A DNA stretch of 21,484 bases from a virus. The notes beneath the pieces were generated by a model. That model was not told the DNA's origin and ran no database searches. It was given only the letters and a program-made list of their open reading frames with translations. The position numbers and the translations under genes are program-made. The stretch is taken from the UHGV virus genome UHGV-0095065; one strand, 5' to 3'. This document shows, one piece after another, positions 1-9,900 of the stretch (the first letter of the stretch is position 1; the number at the start of each line of letters is the position of its first letter).

Positions 1-270
1 CACGTCGGTGAACTGCATGGGTAGCATACGCATGGCGGCTTTATACTGCCCGACGGAAATCCCGGCTTTTTGTGCAGCCAGCGCCTGACGGCTCAGCCCC
101 TGTTCAACGGCAGCGGCCTGTTTCTTAAAAGACTGGCTGACACGCCCGGCCATCAAATCCGCAAGGTCACTGGTTTCACCCAGTTCTTTCTTTACCCGTG
201 CAGCCTCTTCAGAAAAACGGGTTGAATCCAGTGTAAGAACAGCTGTCAGATCGGCAAAATTACCCGCCAT
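1..270 (-). CDS. Tail tape measure protein (lambda gpH-like), N-terminal 90 aa only; gene continues beyond window start
   Basis: ATG at 270..268 preceded by GGAGG; translation MAGNFADLTAVLTLDSTRFSEEAARVKKELGE...QALAAQKAGISVGQYKAAMRMLP closely resembles the lambda H N-terminus as recalled; sits directly after G-T as in lambda. Open to base 1 with no stop. Confidence 0.8.
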   Translation of the reverse strand, partial: MAGNFADLTAVLTLDSTRFSEEAARVKKELGETSDLADLMAGRVSQSFKKQAAAVEQGLSRQALAAQKAGISVGQYKAAMRMLPMQFTDV

Positions 271-1122
271 AGCGTACACCTCCTGCAATTCCCTCAGACA
301 CCATCATCAGCATGGCTTCATCCTCTGTGCTGCTCCGCATGTCATCACTGACCGTAACGATTTCCTTCCCGTCAGCCCCAAAGCGGACACCACCAGAAAG
401 TCCTGCCGCTTTCCGCATCAGCATATCGTCCTCATCCGGCCTCTCCGTCTGCGCTTCCTCACGCCGGGGGACAAGCAGACTGAAATCCGAGGGATGCATA
501 TCCGGATCGCAAAAAAACAGGCTGAGTACGGCGTACGTCAGCCCGGAAAAATGCATATCCAGCTGGGTATCGTGAAAATAATGCGTGCGGTAAAAACGGT
601 GCCAGTCGGCATATTCGGTGGATGTCATCCCGGCAAGCATGGCGCGCCAGTCGGGTCTCCCCATCTCACGCGCCAGTCTGAGGGCAAAGTTCAGCTCGCC
701 GTCGAAGACTTTCCCGCAGAAAAATCATCATCAGTCAGCGCGTTATTTTTCGCCACTTCAGTAATATCAGTATCCGGACGAACTGCTTCGATCATCCCGG
801 ACAGGCACAACACAACGTCTTCCGCCCGGGCAATGGCATCGGCAGGCCAGGTGGTGAGCACTTCCTGCTCTATCTTCATCACGGCCTCATTCATTGACGG
901 TGACGCCGTTTTCTGTGGATGGTTATGCCACAGGGACATCGCCACCAGAAACGCCCCGGTTCTGACAAGGTCCTCCACGCTCACCTGCAGGTTACCGCTG
1001 ACTTCAGCCTCTTCTGCCCGCCGTTTCAGGAGGGCAAGATGCTCAATACGCTGCAGCGCAGACAGCTCAGAAAGCGTGACAGACACACCGTTATATTCAA
1101 ATTGTTCTGTTTTCAGAAACAT
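260..1122 (-). CDS. Tail assembly chaperone G-T fusion made by programmed -1 ribosomal frameshift (slippery site about 709..715)
   Basis: G frame ends ...SAGKSSTAS*; the -1 frame from the heptamer G GGA AAG reads ...GKVFDGELNFALRLAREMGRPDWRAMLAGMTSTEYADWHRFY... to the stop at 260, matching lambda gpT as recalled. The track ORF 260..664 is the T portion. Confidence 0.85.
691..1122 (-). CDS. Tail assembly chaperone (lambda gpG-like)
   Basis: 143 aa MFLKTEQFEYNGVSVTLSELSALQRIEHLALLKRR...GAFLVAMSLWHNHPQKT is near-identical in pattern to lambda G; lies between V and the T frame. Confidence 0.9.
   Translation of the reverse strand: MFLKTEQFEYNGVSVTLSELSALQRIEHLALLKRRAEEAEVSGNLQVSVEDLVRTGAFLVAMSLWHNHPQKTASPSMNEAVMKIEQEVLTTWPADAIARAEDVVLCLSGMIEAVRPDTDITEVAKNNALTDDDFSAGKSSTAS
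709..715 (-). other. Slippery heptanucleotide GGGAAAG for the G-T -1 frameshift
   Basis: Minus-strand GCG GGA AAG near the end of the G ORF; same heptamer and position as in lambda G-T. Confidence 0.8.
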
Positions 1123-1141
1123 GCTTTATCACTCCCTCAGC

Positions 1142-1891
1142 TTAACCCGCTGCACCATCCGTGACGGTGATCTCCGCCACCGCCGCAAACTCACCATTGC
1201 CGGTAACCACAGGGATCTGCGCTTTACCTGCCGCAACACCTTTCACGGTGATCGTGTTCCCTTTCACGGTAATGGTCGCAAAATTCTGATTTGCCGACGT
1301 GGCACGGAAGGTTTTATCCGTCGCCCCTTCCGGCTGAACAGCCACGGTCAGGGTGATATTCTGACCTTTTGCCACATTGCCCGTTGGTGGCGTCACGGTA
1401 ATACCGGTGACCGGTGTGATGTCCCCCTGATCTTCCGCCAGCGACGGACGACCGATATTGGTGATTTTTACCGTACGGGTGATCACCTCTTTGGCGGTCA
1501 CCGCTTTACCAATGGCGCTCACCCAGCCACGGAACACATCCACCGTACCGTTCGGGAAGCGGATTTTGTAGGCCCGGGTCTCACTGCTGTCAAACCAGGC
1601 AATCAAATCGCGCTGCCCTTTCTCGCCCGGCTTCCAGGCCAGCGTAAAACTGGTGTCACCGGCAGATTTCTGCCCCTGCCCGGTGGATACCCAGTCAGCA
1701 TCCTCATCATCCAGATAGTTATCATCGTAGGATTCCGCCGTCATCTCGCCGGGGGTCAGATCCTTCACCTTCGCCAGTCGCTGCCAGTCATCGTCTGACA
1801 ACGGGTTTGCATAAGCATCACCAGTGCCGGTGTACACCCACAGTGTGGTACCGGAACCTTTCACCGGCTCAAGAGGATTTGGTGTTGCCAT
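1142..1891 (-). CDS. Major tail tube protein (lambda gpV-like) with C-terminal Ig-like (Big_2) domain
   Basis: 249 aa [57 protein letters not shown]...; strong collinear similarity to lambda V as recalled. Confidence 0.95.
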   Translation of the reverse strand: MATPNPLEPVKGSGTTLWVYTGTGDAYANPLSDDDWQRLAKVKDLTPGEMTAESYDDNYLDDEDADWVSTGQGQKSAGDTSFTLAWKPGEKGQRDLIAWFDSSETRAYKIRFPNGTVDVFRGWVSAIGKAVTAKEVITRTVKITNIGRPSLAEDQGDITPVTGITVTPPTGNVAKGQNITLTVAVQPEGATDKTFRATSANQNFATITVKGNTITVKGVAAGKAQIPVVTGNGEFAAVAEITVTDGAAG

Positions 1892-1898
1892 ATCGTCC

Positions 1899-2297
1899 TC
1901 ACATCTCGTAGGTAATTTTCCACAGGAGATCTGCCGATCCCCACATCATAAACTCATCATCCCGGCGGTAGTCATACCCCTGAAGATTCATCTTCAGCAG
2001 TAACGCACTGAGGCCGGGAACCGCCTCCAGCGCAGGAAGAATTTTCTCTTCCATCCACATATCCAGTACCGAGTCCGGTTCTTTTGCCCTGAGAAAAACT
2101 TCAATATGCAGTGTCGCCTCCCAGGTTCCCTCATCAACGAACTCGTCAGCAGCAGACGCATCTGTCAGGTAAACAGCAACAGCAGGCAGTTCCTGTTCAT
2201 CAATAAAAACCGGGCGACCGTCAAACCAGCTCACCCTCTCAGAAATATTTTCTTTCAGGGCAGACAGAACTGCCGCCCGTATTTCACGGTGTTTCAT
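1899..2297 (-). CDS. Tail terminator protein (lambda gpU-like)
   Basis: 132 aa [17 protein letters not shown]...AVAVYLTDA...LHIEVFL...GYDYRRDD...ITYEM, collinear with lambda U. Confidence 0.95.
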   Translation of the reverse strand: MKHREIRAAVLSALKENISERVSWFDGRPVFIDEQELPAVAVYLTDASAADEFVDEGTWEATLHIEVFLRAKEPDSVLDMWMEEKILPALEAVPGLSALLLKMNLQGYDYRRDDEFMMWGSADLLWKITYEM

Positions 2298-2309
2298 ACA
2301 CCCTCCCGG

Positions 2310-2939
2310 TCATTTTCTTTTCAGCACCAGACGTAACTGATGCGTCATGGCTTTCATCATCTGCGCCGGTAATTTTTCCCGGTACATCCGGTCCCGTTCA
2401 CGTTCAAAGGTTTCTGCCAGCGGTCCGGCAGTCGGAATCTTCACCACTTCGATCGGCAGACGGTGGCGTTTCGGCCTCCCTTTGCTGTCAGCGCCGGTGG
2501 ACGATGATGCCCACGGCATACGCTGCATCACATGCCAGCGTCCGTTAGCCAGCCGGGTGATAAAGGCATCCGGGATCCGTCTTTTCCCCACAATCAGCAC
2601 ACTGCCACCGCCTTTCGTGACCGAACGCTCGCCTTTCTTTCGTCGCTTTCTGCGGGAAAGCCGCACGCTGGCCGTCCCCAGTTTTATGGCGGGCAGATTA
2701 CCGGTGTTGATGATGACCTTCGCATAAACCCTGTCTGCGCTGGCCCGTTGCAGGCGGATACGCTCACGGATGAGACGGCGCGGAACCGCCAACTCCCTGG
2801 CAACCGAAGAGGCCGTTTTCGCGATGATGGACTCCGCCACACGGTTAAGTGTCGTGGCGGCAGCCCGGGGAACGGCACGGCTGTCAATTGCATCCAGATT
2901 TTTCATGGCCTGCGCCAGACCTTTTATTGCCATACTCAT
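2310..2939 (-). CDS. Putative tail completion protein (lambda gpZ-like position)
   Basis: 209 aa basic protein immediately upstream of U, where lambda has Z; assignment by synteny and size only. Confidence 0.55.
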   Translation of the reverse strand: MSMAIKGLAQAMKNLDAIDSRAVPRAAATTLNRVAESIIAKTASSVARELAVPRRLIRERIRLQRASADRVYAKVIINTGNLPAIKLGTASVRLSRRKRRKKGERSVTKGGGSVLIVGKRRIPDAFITRLANGRWHVMQRMPWASSSTGADSKGRPKRHRLPIEVVKIPTAGPLAETFERERDRMYREKLPAQMMKAMTHQLRLVLKRK

Positions 2940-3217
2940 TCCTGTTCGACAAAAATCCGGGGTTTACCGTTGTACGTGTCATAACGGGTCACCGTCAGTG
3001 TGCGGCCCTCAAACACAACAACATCATGACGGGCCGGACGGTACCGGGCTGAAAACACCACCAGTGACAACTGGCTGCCCGAAAGCGCCCCCATCTCCGC
3101 GGACTCTTCCTCCGGCATCACGTCATACACGACGCCGTTAATCTCCGCCTGTTTGCCCATCACCCGAACGGTCGCCCCGTCCATCCGGCAACACATTCGC
3201 GTAAACAGGTCAGACAT
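2936..3217 (-). CDS. Putative head-tail joining protein (lambda gpFII-like position)
   Basis: 93 aa ORF overlapping the next gene by 4 nt, located between head and tail modules; synteny-based. Confidence 0.5.
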   Translation of the reverse strand: MSDLFTRMCCRMDGATVRVMGKQAEINGVVYDVMPEEESAEMGALSGSQLSLVVFSARYRPARHDVVVFEGRTLTVTRYDTYNGKPRIFVEQE

Positions 3218-3536
3218 TGATTTTTACCGCCACAGTGGCGCTGTTTGCAGGAGCATTTTCCCAGGCTACCCCCGCGGCCACCGCACCGTCTGCAGCCAGC
3301 TGCACAACCCCGTCCTTCAGATAAACCACCGCGCCGGACTGAATGTCGTCAGCAGACTGTTTGGGCAGCAGGAACACGCCTTCGGCAAAACCGTCACCGG
3401 CCTCACCGGCAGGAATATCGGTAATGGCCACGGCCACCATACTGCCGACCACCACCGCAGCACCGCTCAGGATGGTCTGATCTCCGGCATTCACCAGTTC
3501 AATGGTGGTACCGTCCTGTACAAAATTTTTCGCCAT
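3210..3536 (-). CDS. Putative head decoration / capsid-associated protein (Ala/Val/Gly-rich, DUF2190-like)
   Basis: 108 aa with RBS GGAGAAAC upstream; directly downstream of the major capsid gene; composition typical of small capsid accessory proteins. Confidence 0.5.
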   Translation of the reverse strand: MAKNFVQDGTTIELVNAGDQTILSGAAVVVGSMVAVAITDIPAGEAGDGFAEGVFLLPKQSADDIQSGAVVYLKDGVVQLAADGAVAAGVAWENAPANSATVAVKINV

Positions 3537-3553
3537 AATGCTGTTTCTCCGGA

Positions 3554-3601
3554 CAGCCCCAGTGGGGCTGTTTTTCAGGCATAAAAAAAGCCCTTTCGGG
3601 C
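3554..3601. terminator. Paired hairpins between capsid and decoration genes: plus-strand CAGCCCC-AGT-GGGGCTG + TTTTT (3554..3575) and minus-strand GCCC-GAAA-GGGC + U7 (3581..3601)
   Basis: Read directly from sequence; the minus-strand element has a GNRA-type loop and a 7-U tract and could attenuate transcription after the capsid gene. Confidence 0.45.
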
Positions 3602-3623
3602 AGTGATTGTGATAACGCGGTTA

Positions 3624-5648
3624 TCAGGCCACCGACGAACGCACCAGTCCGCGCCAGTCAAGCGGTGCCACACCGGCATCAATACGAATTTTTGTGGCAA
3701 TGCCGTCAGTGGTGAAACCTTCCTGCTGATCAATGTATGGCGTGTCCACGCCATCCAGCCAGGCCACTTCAATGGTGTCAGTGCCCTGTGCCGCCGCCAG
3801 ATACCAGGTTTTCGGATCTGCCGCATCAAGACGCGCTTCTGCAATCACCTCAGCAAAGTTCTGGATGGGGTTAATGACACCGGCGTTTGCATCCGCCCCT
3901 TTCACACTGGCCGATTTGATGGTCTGGTTCGCCACCGTCTCCAGTGCCACCGGTACCAGCATAAAGGCCGGACGGATATTCAGGGCGCGATCGCTTTCTT
4001 TCTGCAGGCGCATCATCTGACGGGCCGCATCCAGTCCGGAAACGGAGATCCCCCCGGTGGCAATATTTTTGTGATCGGCATGGAACAGCGCCTTACCGTC
4101 GGACAGTTTCGGGTTATCCGTCAGCACCTTGTAGACCAGGTCACCAATCGTTGCCTTCGCCGCACGCCCCATCTTCATCGGCACGTCCACCAGCATATTC
4201 AGATCATCATTGATAATGGCCTGGCGGGTGATGGAGAAAATCTCCCCGTAAGTGGCCAGTGCAATGGTCTCCTTGCGATCTGAGGTGGTGATGTATTTAT
4301 ACTCCGCCCCCTCACGAACCTGGCGCAGAGAACCAAAACCGCCCATCCCCACGCGATACGCTGTTTTGAAGTCTGACAGGCGTCCCTTACGGGTCCACTT
4401 CTGGAAGGTTTCTTCTGATTCCTCCCAGCCCTGGATCAGCCCCTTGTTCGACACATCCAGCAGAATATTGCCAAAATCAGAGGTGCTGTGCGTCAGCGCC
4501 AGCCCGACCATCTGCATGGGGTTATAACTGGCCACCCCAATACCGCGCTCCGTCAGTGACATGCGAGCCCATTCACGCAGGGTCATCCCGTTATAGGCGT
4601 TATCCTTCTCGACATTTTCAAATCCGGCACGGGCCAGCATCGCCTGGCGGATCCCGTCTCCCACAAAATTGCCGTTTCCGGCATAAATATGGGCCGGTGT
4701 GTTTTTGTTGGTCGGCGAGGACTCCTTGCCCATTTCATTCAGCAGACGTTCACGGGCCATTTCCAGCGAACAGTCAGGATCAGCCACGCACTGTGCCTGA
4801 AGCGTCTGATAGCGACCGCCGAACATGGCAAACAGATCGTTAATGCCTGACATGCGTGCTTTCTGCTCAGCCATAACGCGGGCGCGAATGGTCGCCTCAT
4901 CAGACACTGCCGGTACCGGTGATGGTTCTGTTACCGCCGGTGCAGGGATTGTCACTGTGGTATCACGCGGGGCACTGTTGCGTGGCGGAGTAATCATGTT
5001 TCGGATGGATTCCGGCATCTTTTTAAATTCCTCTGTACGTTTTGACTGAATACATGCCATTGCCTCAACAGCGGGTGTCACCTGGTCAGCAAATCCGTGT
5101 GCCAGACATTCGGCACCGGACATCCAGGTTTCATCCGCCAGCATGGCGGCAATTTCATCGGTGGTTTTTCCGGTTTTCTGCGCATAGGCTGGCAACAGTA
5201 CCGATTCGACTTTATCCAGCAAATCGGCATAACTGCGCATATCCTCAGCATTCCCGCCACTGAATCCCCATGGCTTATGGATCATCATGAAGGCATTTTC
5301 CGGCATAATGACCGTATCACCGGCCATCGCAATCACAGATGCCATCGAGGCGGCAACGCCATCCACATACACGGTAATGGTCGCCCCCTGATTTTTCAGG
5401 GCATTAAAAATGGCGATGCCTTCAAAGACATCGCCACCCGGTGAATTGATATGGAGATTAATGTGGGTGATATCACCCAGTGCATTCAGTTCTCTGACAA
5501 ACTGCTTCGCGGTAACTCCCCAGAAACCAATCTCGTCATAAATATAAATATCCGCATCACCCGGCCCCCCAGCCTGCATCCTGAACCAGGATTTATTCTT
5601 CATGCTGGCTTTCGGTGTCGCGCTGATACTGTCGTTCAGTTCCGGCAC
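3624..5648 (-). CDS. Prohead protease (ClpP/S49-like) fused to HK97-fold major capsid protein
   Basis: N-terminal part (...INSPGGDVFEGIAIFNALKN...VASMASVIAMAGD...) looks like a ClpP/S49 serine protease; the long C-terminal part looks like a major capsid domain. Start placed at GTG 5648 (AAGGAGG 5 nt upstream); ATG at 5603 is an alternative. The track ORF extends to 5795 but overlaps the portal gene. Confidence 0.8.
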   Translation of the reverse strand: MPELNDSISATPKASMKNKSWFRMQAGGPGDADIYIYDEIGFWGVTAKQFVRELNALGDITHINLHINSPGGDVFEGIAIFNALKNQGATITVYVDGVAASMASVIAMAGDTVIMPENAFMMIHKPWGFSGGNAEDMRSYADLLDKVESVLLPAYAQKTGKTTDEIAAMLADETWMSGAECLAHGFADQVTPAVEAMACIQSKRTEEFKKMPESIRNMITPPRNSAPRDTTVTIPAPAVTEPSPVPAVSDEATIRARVMAEQKARMSGINDLFAMFGGRYQTLQAQCVADPDCSLEMARERLLNEMGKESSPTNKNTPAHIYAGNGNFVGDGIRQAMLARAGFENVEKDNAYNGMTLREWARMSLTERGIGVASYNPMQMVGLALTHSTSDFGNILLDVSNKGLIQGWEESEETFQKWTRKGRLSDFKTAYRVGMGGFGSLRQVREGAEYKYITTSDRKETIALATYGEIFSITRQAIINDDLNMLVDVPMKMGRAAKATIGDLVYKVLTDNPKLSDGKALFHADHKNIATGGISVSGLDAARQMMRLQKESDRALNIRPAFMLVPVALETVANQTIKSASVKGADANAGVINPIQNFAEVIAEARLDAADPKTWYLAAAQGTDTIEVAWLDGVDTPYIDQQEGFTTDGIATKIRIDAGVAPLDWRGLVRSSVA

Positions 5649-7095
5649 TGTTGCCTCCTTTGTCGTTGACGGGGTCAGTATCAAAGACCAGCCCCAGTCT
5701 GCTGTTTTCATCAATTTCAGCCTTGCGGCGACGTTTGACCTCATCCGGATTGCGCCCACCGGCACGCACCCAGTCAGATTCTGTCGCTGCACCACCCCGG
5801 ATCTGAATTCTCCAGGCTTCAGCTTCCTTAACCGGGTCGATCCACGGCATCACCGGACCGGAATACGTCGCGTTATATAGCGTTTTCATCTCCACATCCG
5901 CCGGAATTTTCAGCAGACCTGCCGCAACCACCATATTCAGCCATGTCCGGTACACCGGGCGGGTTACCGCGCCAATAAAACAGTCCTGCAGGATCAGGTA
6001 ACCATCCGTGGACTCGACCAGCTCCTGCCGCTGGGCGCTGTAGGTGCCGTTATAGTTACGCGCCGCACTGGAAAAACTCAGACGACTGCCTGCTGCCACT
6101 GCACGCAACTGGCCGTTGCGGAAAGTTTCAAGATTGGGATTGGGACGGTCAGATTTGACCATGCCGATATCCTCGCCCTTGCGCAAATCGTCATAAATAA
6201 TACCCGGGGTGATATGGACTTCCCGCTCGGTTTCTTTGATCCCCGGATCTTCATAGTCCTGTCCGTCACCTTTACGGATATACAGTCCCAGCGCTGCAGC
6301 AATACGCGCCGCTGTCAGTTCCGCATCCTCATACTCCTTAAGGGCACTGATCCGCATCAGCACCCCCGATAACATGGATGAGCCTCGCGTCTGATGCAGA
6401 CGACGAGTGAACTTCAGGTGGATCATTTTTCCGGCTGCGATTTCTTTCGTATCACTCTGCCGGCCGCTGACCGGATAATTTTTATAAACCAGATATTTTT
6501 TCGGTCTTCCCCACTCATCAAGAAAAACCCCCTGATTCAGTCCGGCGGATTCATCTGTGCGCATGGGAACAAAATCCGGCTCCATCGCCTCAAGCCAGAA
6601 TGGCACTCCCGCCGTCCGTACCAGACCGTTTCCCGCACCACTGACCATCTGCGCAAACACTTCACCATCCCGCAGCCAGGTCCGCAGCAGTAAACGTTCA
6701 AGCACGGGACGGGTATACTGCCCTGTCACATCCGGACTCACGGACCATTCAGCCCACAACCGGCGGATATCCGCAGCCAGCTCAGCCGCCATTTCCCCGT
6801 TTTTTCGTAATGGCTGAGGCTCCACAATAATTCCCCTGGCACCAATCACCCGCTCTTCCAGCTTGTCAAACACACCAATCACCAGGTCATGATTGATATC
6901 CAGAAAACGGGCCTGCTCCCGCAGGGAAACCGCACCGTATTTACTGAGCTGATCAGCAGAGCGATTTTCCCGCCGGGCTTTATGTGTCCGGGTCGGTTTC
7001 ACCGCCTCATAGGCCATGATTAACGCCCTTGAACGCAGTCTGGCTGCTTTCCATCCGGGGGAAAACACGCCTATCACATCATCAATAATTGCCAT
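5593..7095 (-). CDS. Portal protein (lambda gpB-like)
   Basis: 500 aa, between gpW-like and protease-capsid genes; size and position typical of portal; overlaps the gpW-like gene by 1 nt. Confidence 0.85.
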   Translation of the reverse strand: MAIIDDVIGVFSPGWKAARLRSRALIMAYEAVKPTRTHKARRENRSADQLSKYGAVSLREQARFLDINHDLVIGVFDKLEERVIGARGIIVEPQPLRKNGEMAAELAADIRRLWAEWSVSPDVTGQYTRPVLERLLLRTWLRDGEVFAQMVSGAGNGLVRTAGVPFWLEAMEPDFVPMRTDESAGLNQGVFLDEWGRPKKYLVYKNYPVSGRQSDTKEIAAGKMIHLKFTRRLHQTRGSSMLSGVLMRISALKEYEDAELTAARIAAALGLYIRKGDGQDYEDPGIKETEREVHITPGIIYDDLRKGEDIGMVKSDRPNPNLETFRNGQLRAVAAGSRLSFSSAARNYNGTYSAQRQELVESTDGYLILQDCFIGAVTRPVYRTWLNMVVAAGLLKIPADVEMKTLYNATYSGPVMPWIDPVKEAEAWRIQIRGGAATESDWVRAGGRNPDEVKRRRKAEIDENSRLGLVFDTDPVNDKGGNSAGTERQYQRDTESQHEE

Positions 7096-7331
7096 TAAAA
7101 CCTCGCCAGTTTAAATCCCGGTTTTCCCCGCCTGCGGCTCACCATCGCGGCAAGCCTGCGTTCCCACTCCTGACGTCCGGCGCGGATCTGAGAAAGGCTT
7201 TCCAGCGTCAGTTGCTGCCCGTTGAAGGTGACAGACTTCCCCTCCAGTACGGCCATTTCCGCTTCACGGTACCGCTGTATCATTTCTCTGGCTTCTTCTG
7301 TGCTCACAACCAGCCTCCTGATGTTGTCCAT
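7095..7331 (-). CDS. Head-to-tail joining protein (lambda gpW-like)
   Basis: 78 aa; C-terminal ...RRRGKPGFKLARF resembles the lambda W C-terminus (...RRRGPAGFYV) as recalled; sits between large terminase and portal as in lambda. Confidence 0.75.
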   Translation of the reverse strand: MDNIRRLVVSTEEAREMIQRYREAEMAVLEGKSVTFNGQQLTLESLSQIRAGRQEWERRLAAMVSRRRGKPGFKLARF

Positions 7332-9427
7332 GGATTATCTTCCGCACGCTCCGTCCGCAGCTTTTTCTTCCGGCGACGGCGTTTTTCTGCCCCGGCCGTC
7401 AGTTCCGGGTATGCCGTTTCACCAGAACGCTCCTGCGGGAAGACGAGCCACGTTTCCCGCTGTGCCCAGTCCGGTGCGGAGGGCCAGCGGATCTTTTCGT
7501 AACCATGCAGAACGGCAAGCGCATCCGCATAAACCAGCAGGTCAAACGCCTCGTTAGCGCCCCTGCCCGGTTTTCGCCATTTTCCGTCACTGCCGCGCTC
7601 TTCATAGGTCAGCTCATCGTAAAACCACCGCCCCAGCCAGTCGGGAAAGTGGATATAGTTCGGCCCTGGTGTGTCACGCCACAGGGCATTATTTACACGG
7701 TCCTTAAACGCATCCGTCTGAACCAGCCACAGCGCGACATCGCCACTGGCTCTGGCACGGCGGGCACTTCTGCCGGTATTATCCGGGAAGGTTCGGTTAA
7801 TCAGCCTGTCACGGCGAAGTCCATCCCCCTTGAACAGAAACACCCTGTTGCCCAGTCCGTCACTCCGGCAACGACGCCAGAAACGATAGGCGTTATCTGT
7901 CACCCCGCCTTCCCCTCCCGTATCCACCGCCATGGCCATCAGACGCATGCGCACATCCGGATCAGAAGCCAGCGGCCATGTTTTATGGAACACATCCGTC
8001 AGCAACAAATCCCAGTCCTCCGGATATGCCGCCGGATCAACCGGCAGACTTTCACCGTTGGGACTGCATCGCAGTGAATGCCGGATGTTGTAGCGATCAA
8101 CAATCCAGCGTTCCCCCTGCTCTCCGTATCCGGTGATCTGCACAACAAAACGGCGATTTTTACCGCCCTGTACGTCAACCGTTGCCTCAATAAAACGCAC
8201 ACCATCCGGCACAGATCGCCGGGGAAACGGCTCGGCACGCTGTTCAAGCAGTTCACTTTTACGCTGTTCCGTGGCTGAACGGGGCAAATAGGGTCGTCCG
8301 ATATCGGTGTTCACCACCGCTTTCAGGGTCTCTTCACTGCCGGTTCGCTCATACTCTTCTTCTGCCGCCAGCAGCTTAAAAATCAGTTGTTCCCAGGTCT
8401 GAAACGCCGCAGCTGGCCCCTCCATCCAAAATGACGCAATCCGGGAATTTCGTGGCGTTCCGGTGATACTGCCGTCCGCCGCCGCCCGTTCACCTTCACG
8501 AAGCCAGATCCCCTGGTTATTCAGTTCGCGTTTCTGCTCAGGGGCAATCAGCCCGCGACAATGCGGACACATCAGACGGGCAGCCTGACCGGCAGCCACA
8601 AAATCCGGGTTATTCCGGTATCCGGTCATGTTATCCATCACCGGCTGAAAATATTCCCCGCAGTGCGGACACGGCCAGTACCACCGGCGGCGGTCTCCCC
8701 GGTTATACAGTGACAGGATCCCCGTTGTTGGCGGTGCCTCATGTGCGCCACCACAACGCCATTTGGTGTCAGTGATATCCCGCCCCGGTGAACTCTCGAC
8801 CAGGGTCATCCCCGAGGACATAAAGGTGGTGGTACGCTTTGAGGCCAGCGTGAAGGCATCCCCTTCCCCGTCCACGTTTTCAGGGAAACGGTCATAATCC
8901 GTCAGCGCCACACGACGGTAATCCGAAGAGGAAAATACAGTGATCGACGGCCAGCCAATCTTCAGGAAGGAGCCGTCAAGAAACATTTTATCGTGGACGT
9001 TGTTGTCATTACGGGAAGGACTGAGGCGCTTGCTGACCTCCGGACTGTGGCGAAACGTCCTGGAAAGACGCGTTCTGGAATGCTCACGCGCCTTCGTCTC
9101 AGTCATCTGCACCACCAGCATATCCGCCGGATCACAGATGATGCCGTACACAATCCAGCCATCAATCAGCCCTTCGGTTTTCCCGGTTCGCGCCGGTCCG
9201 ACAAACACCACCGCGTCATATTCACGGGCTGATAATGTATTAATGGGGTCAATCATATAGGGCGTCAGCGATGACTCCCACGGACCGGAAGTATTGGCTC
9301 CCCGTGGTACCCGCATATAACGCCTGATGGCTTCCGCTACTGGTAACCGGCCAGGTGGGCGAAACAGCGAGGCCACTTCGCGCCAGATATCGGATGCGCG
9401 GCTATGGCTCTCGTTCACCTGATTCAC
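7304..9427 (-). CDS. Terminase large subunit (lambda gpA family)
   Basis: 707 aa; Walker A-like VGPARTGKTE; size and position between small terminase and W/portal; overlaps small terminase by 4 nt. Confidence 0.95.
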   Translation of the reverse strand: MNQVNESHSRASDIWREVASLFRPPGRLPVAEAIRRYMRVPRGANTSGPWESSLTPYMIDPINTLSAREYDAVVFVGPARTGKTEGLIDGWIVYGIICDPADMLVVQMTETKAREHSRTRLSRTFRHSPEVSKRLSPSRNDNNVHDKMFLDGSFLKIGWPSITVFSSSDYRRVALTDYDRFPENVDGEGDAFTLASKRTTTFMSSGMTLVESSPGRDITDTKWRCGGAHEAPPTTGILSLYNRGDRRRWYWPCPHCGEYFQPVMDNMTGYRNNPDFVAAGQAARLMCPHCRGLIAPEQKRELNNQGIWLREGERAAADGSITGTPRNSRIASFWMEGPAAAFQTWEQLIFKLLAAEEEYERTGSEETLKAVVNTDIGRPYLPRSATEQRKSELLEQRAEPFPRRSVPDGVRFIEATVDVQGGKNRRFVVQITGYGEQGERWIVDRYNIRHSLRCSPNGESLPVDPAAYPEDWDLLLTDVFHKTWPLASDPDVRMRLMAMAVDTGGEGGVTDNAYRFWRRCRSDGLGNRVFLFKGDGLRRDRLINRTFPDNTGRSARRARASGDVALWLVQTDAFKDRVNNALWRDTPGPNYIHFPDWLGRWFYDELTYEERGSDGKWRKPGRGANEAFDLLVYADALAVLHGYEKIRWPSAPDWAQRETWLVFPQERSGETAYPELTAGAEKRRRRKKKLRTERAEDNPWTTSGGWL

Positions 9428-9900
9428 ATATCGGCCTCATCACAACAGTCAATGACTGCCTTTTCCAGTGTGTCGCGGATCTCATCAACCACAATCTGTA
9501 CTTCATTCAGTTGTGATGCGGTCCACCCCCTGTCCCTCTCCAGCCGGTCAGGCCAGGTTTCCAGTACCTGAACTATCGCTTTCACCACGACAGAAAAGGA
9601 CCGCCTGACATCACTGACTGGCACTAGCTGACCAGTTTCCTGCTCAAATTTCAGTCGGTCACGTTCTGACTGGTACCATGCTTTACGCGCATGAGGATCC
9701 ATTTCCTCGTTATCTACAGGCAGAGGAGCTTTCATCAGCTCGGCAAGGATATCTGTCAGTCGGTACAGTTTGAGATTGCTCTCATGACCACCGGCTGGGC
9801 TTATGTTTTTTACCCGAGCCGCAACAGTCTGTCGATGAGCACCGGATAATGCGGCCAGTTGGGAAATATTCAGATGCAGATTTTTTAATTCACGATCCAT
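9424..9900 (-). CDS. Terminase small subunit (Nu1-like, N-terminal HTH)
   Basis: 158 aa; N-terminal LHLNISQLAALSGAHRQTVAARVKN is a helix-turn-helix; RBS GGGGGAG before ATG at 9900; immediately upstream of the large terminase. Confidence 0.8.
   Translation of the reverse strand: MDRELKNLHLNISQLAALSGAHRQTVAARVKNISPAGGHESNLKLYRLTDILAELMKAPLPVDNEEMDPHARKAWYQSERDRLKFEQETGQLVPVSDVRRSFSVVVKAIVQVLETWPDRLERDRGWTASQLNEVQIVVDEIRDTLEKAVIDCCDEADM

Noticed and set aside
494-1798. Long plus-strand ORF (434 aa) and many other plus-strand ORFs across the window (e.g. 3603..4283, 7505..8077, 13653..14186, 17062..17568, 19559..19897)
   Set aside because: All lie antisense to well-supported minus-strand phage genes (tail, capsid, terminase, esterase, methylase, DUF968). 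Translations are Arg/Cys/His-rich with no recognisable domains, typical of shadow ORFs in GC-rich coding DNA.
2684-2893. Minus-strand ORF of 69 aa inside the gpZ-like gene
   Set aside because: Fully embedded in another frame of a longer syntenic gene; no independent support.
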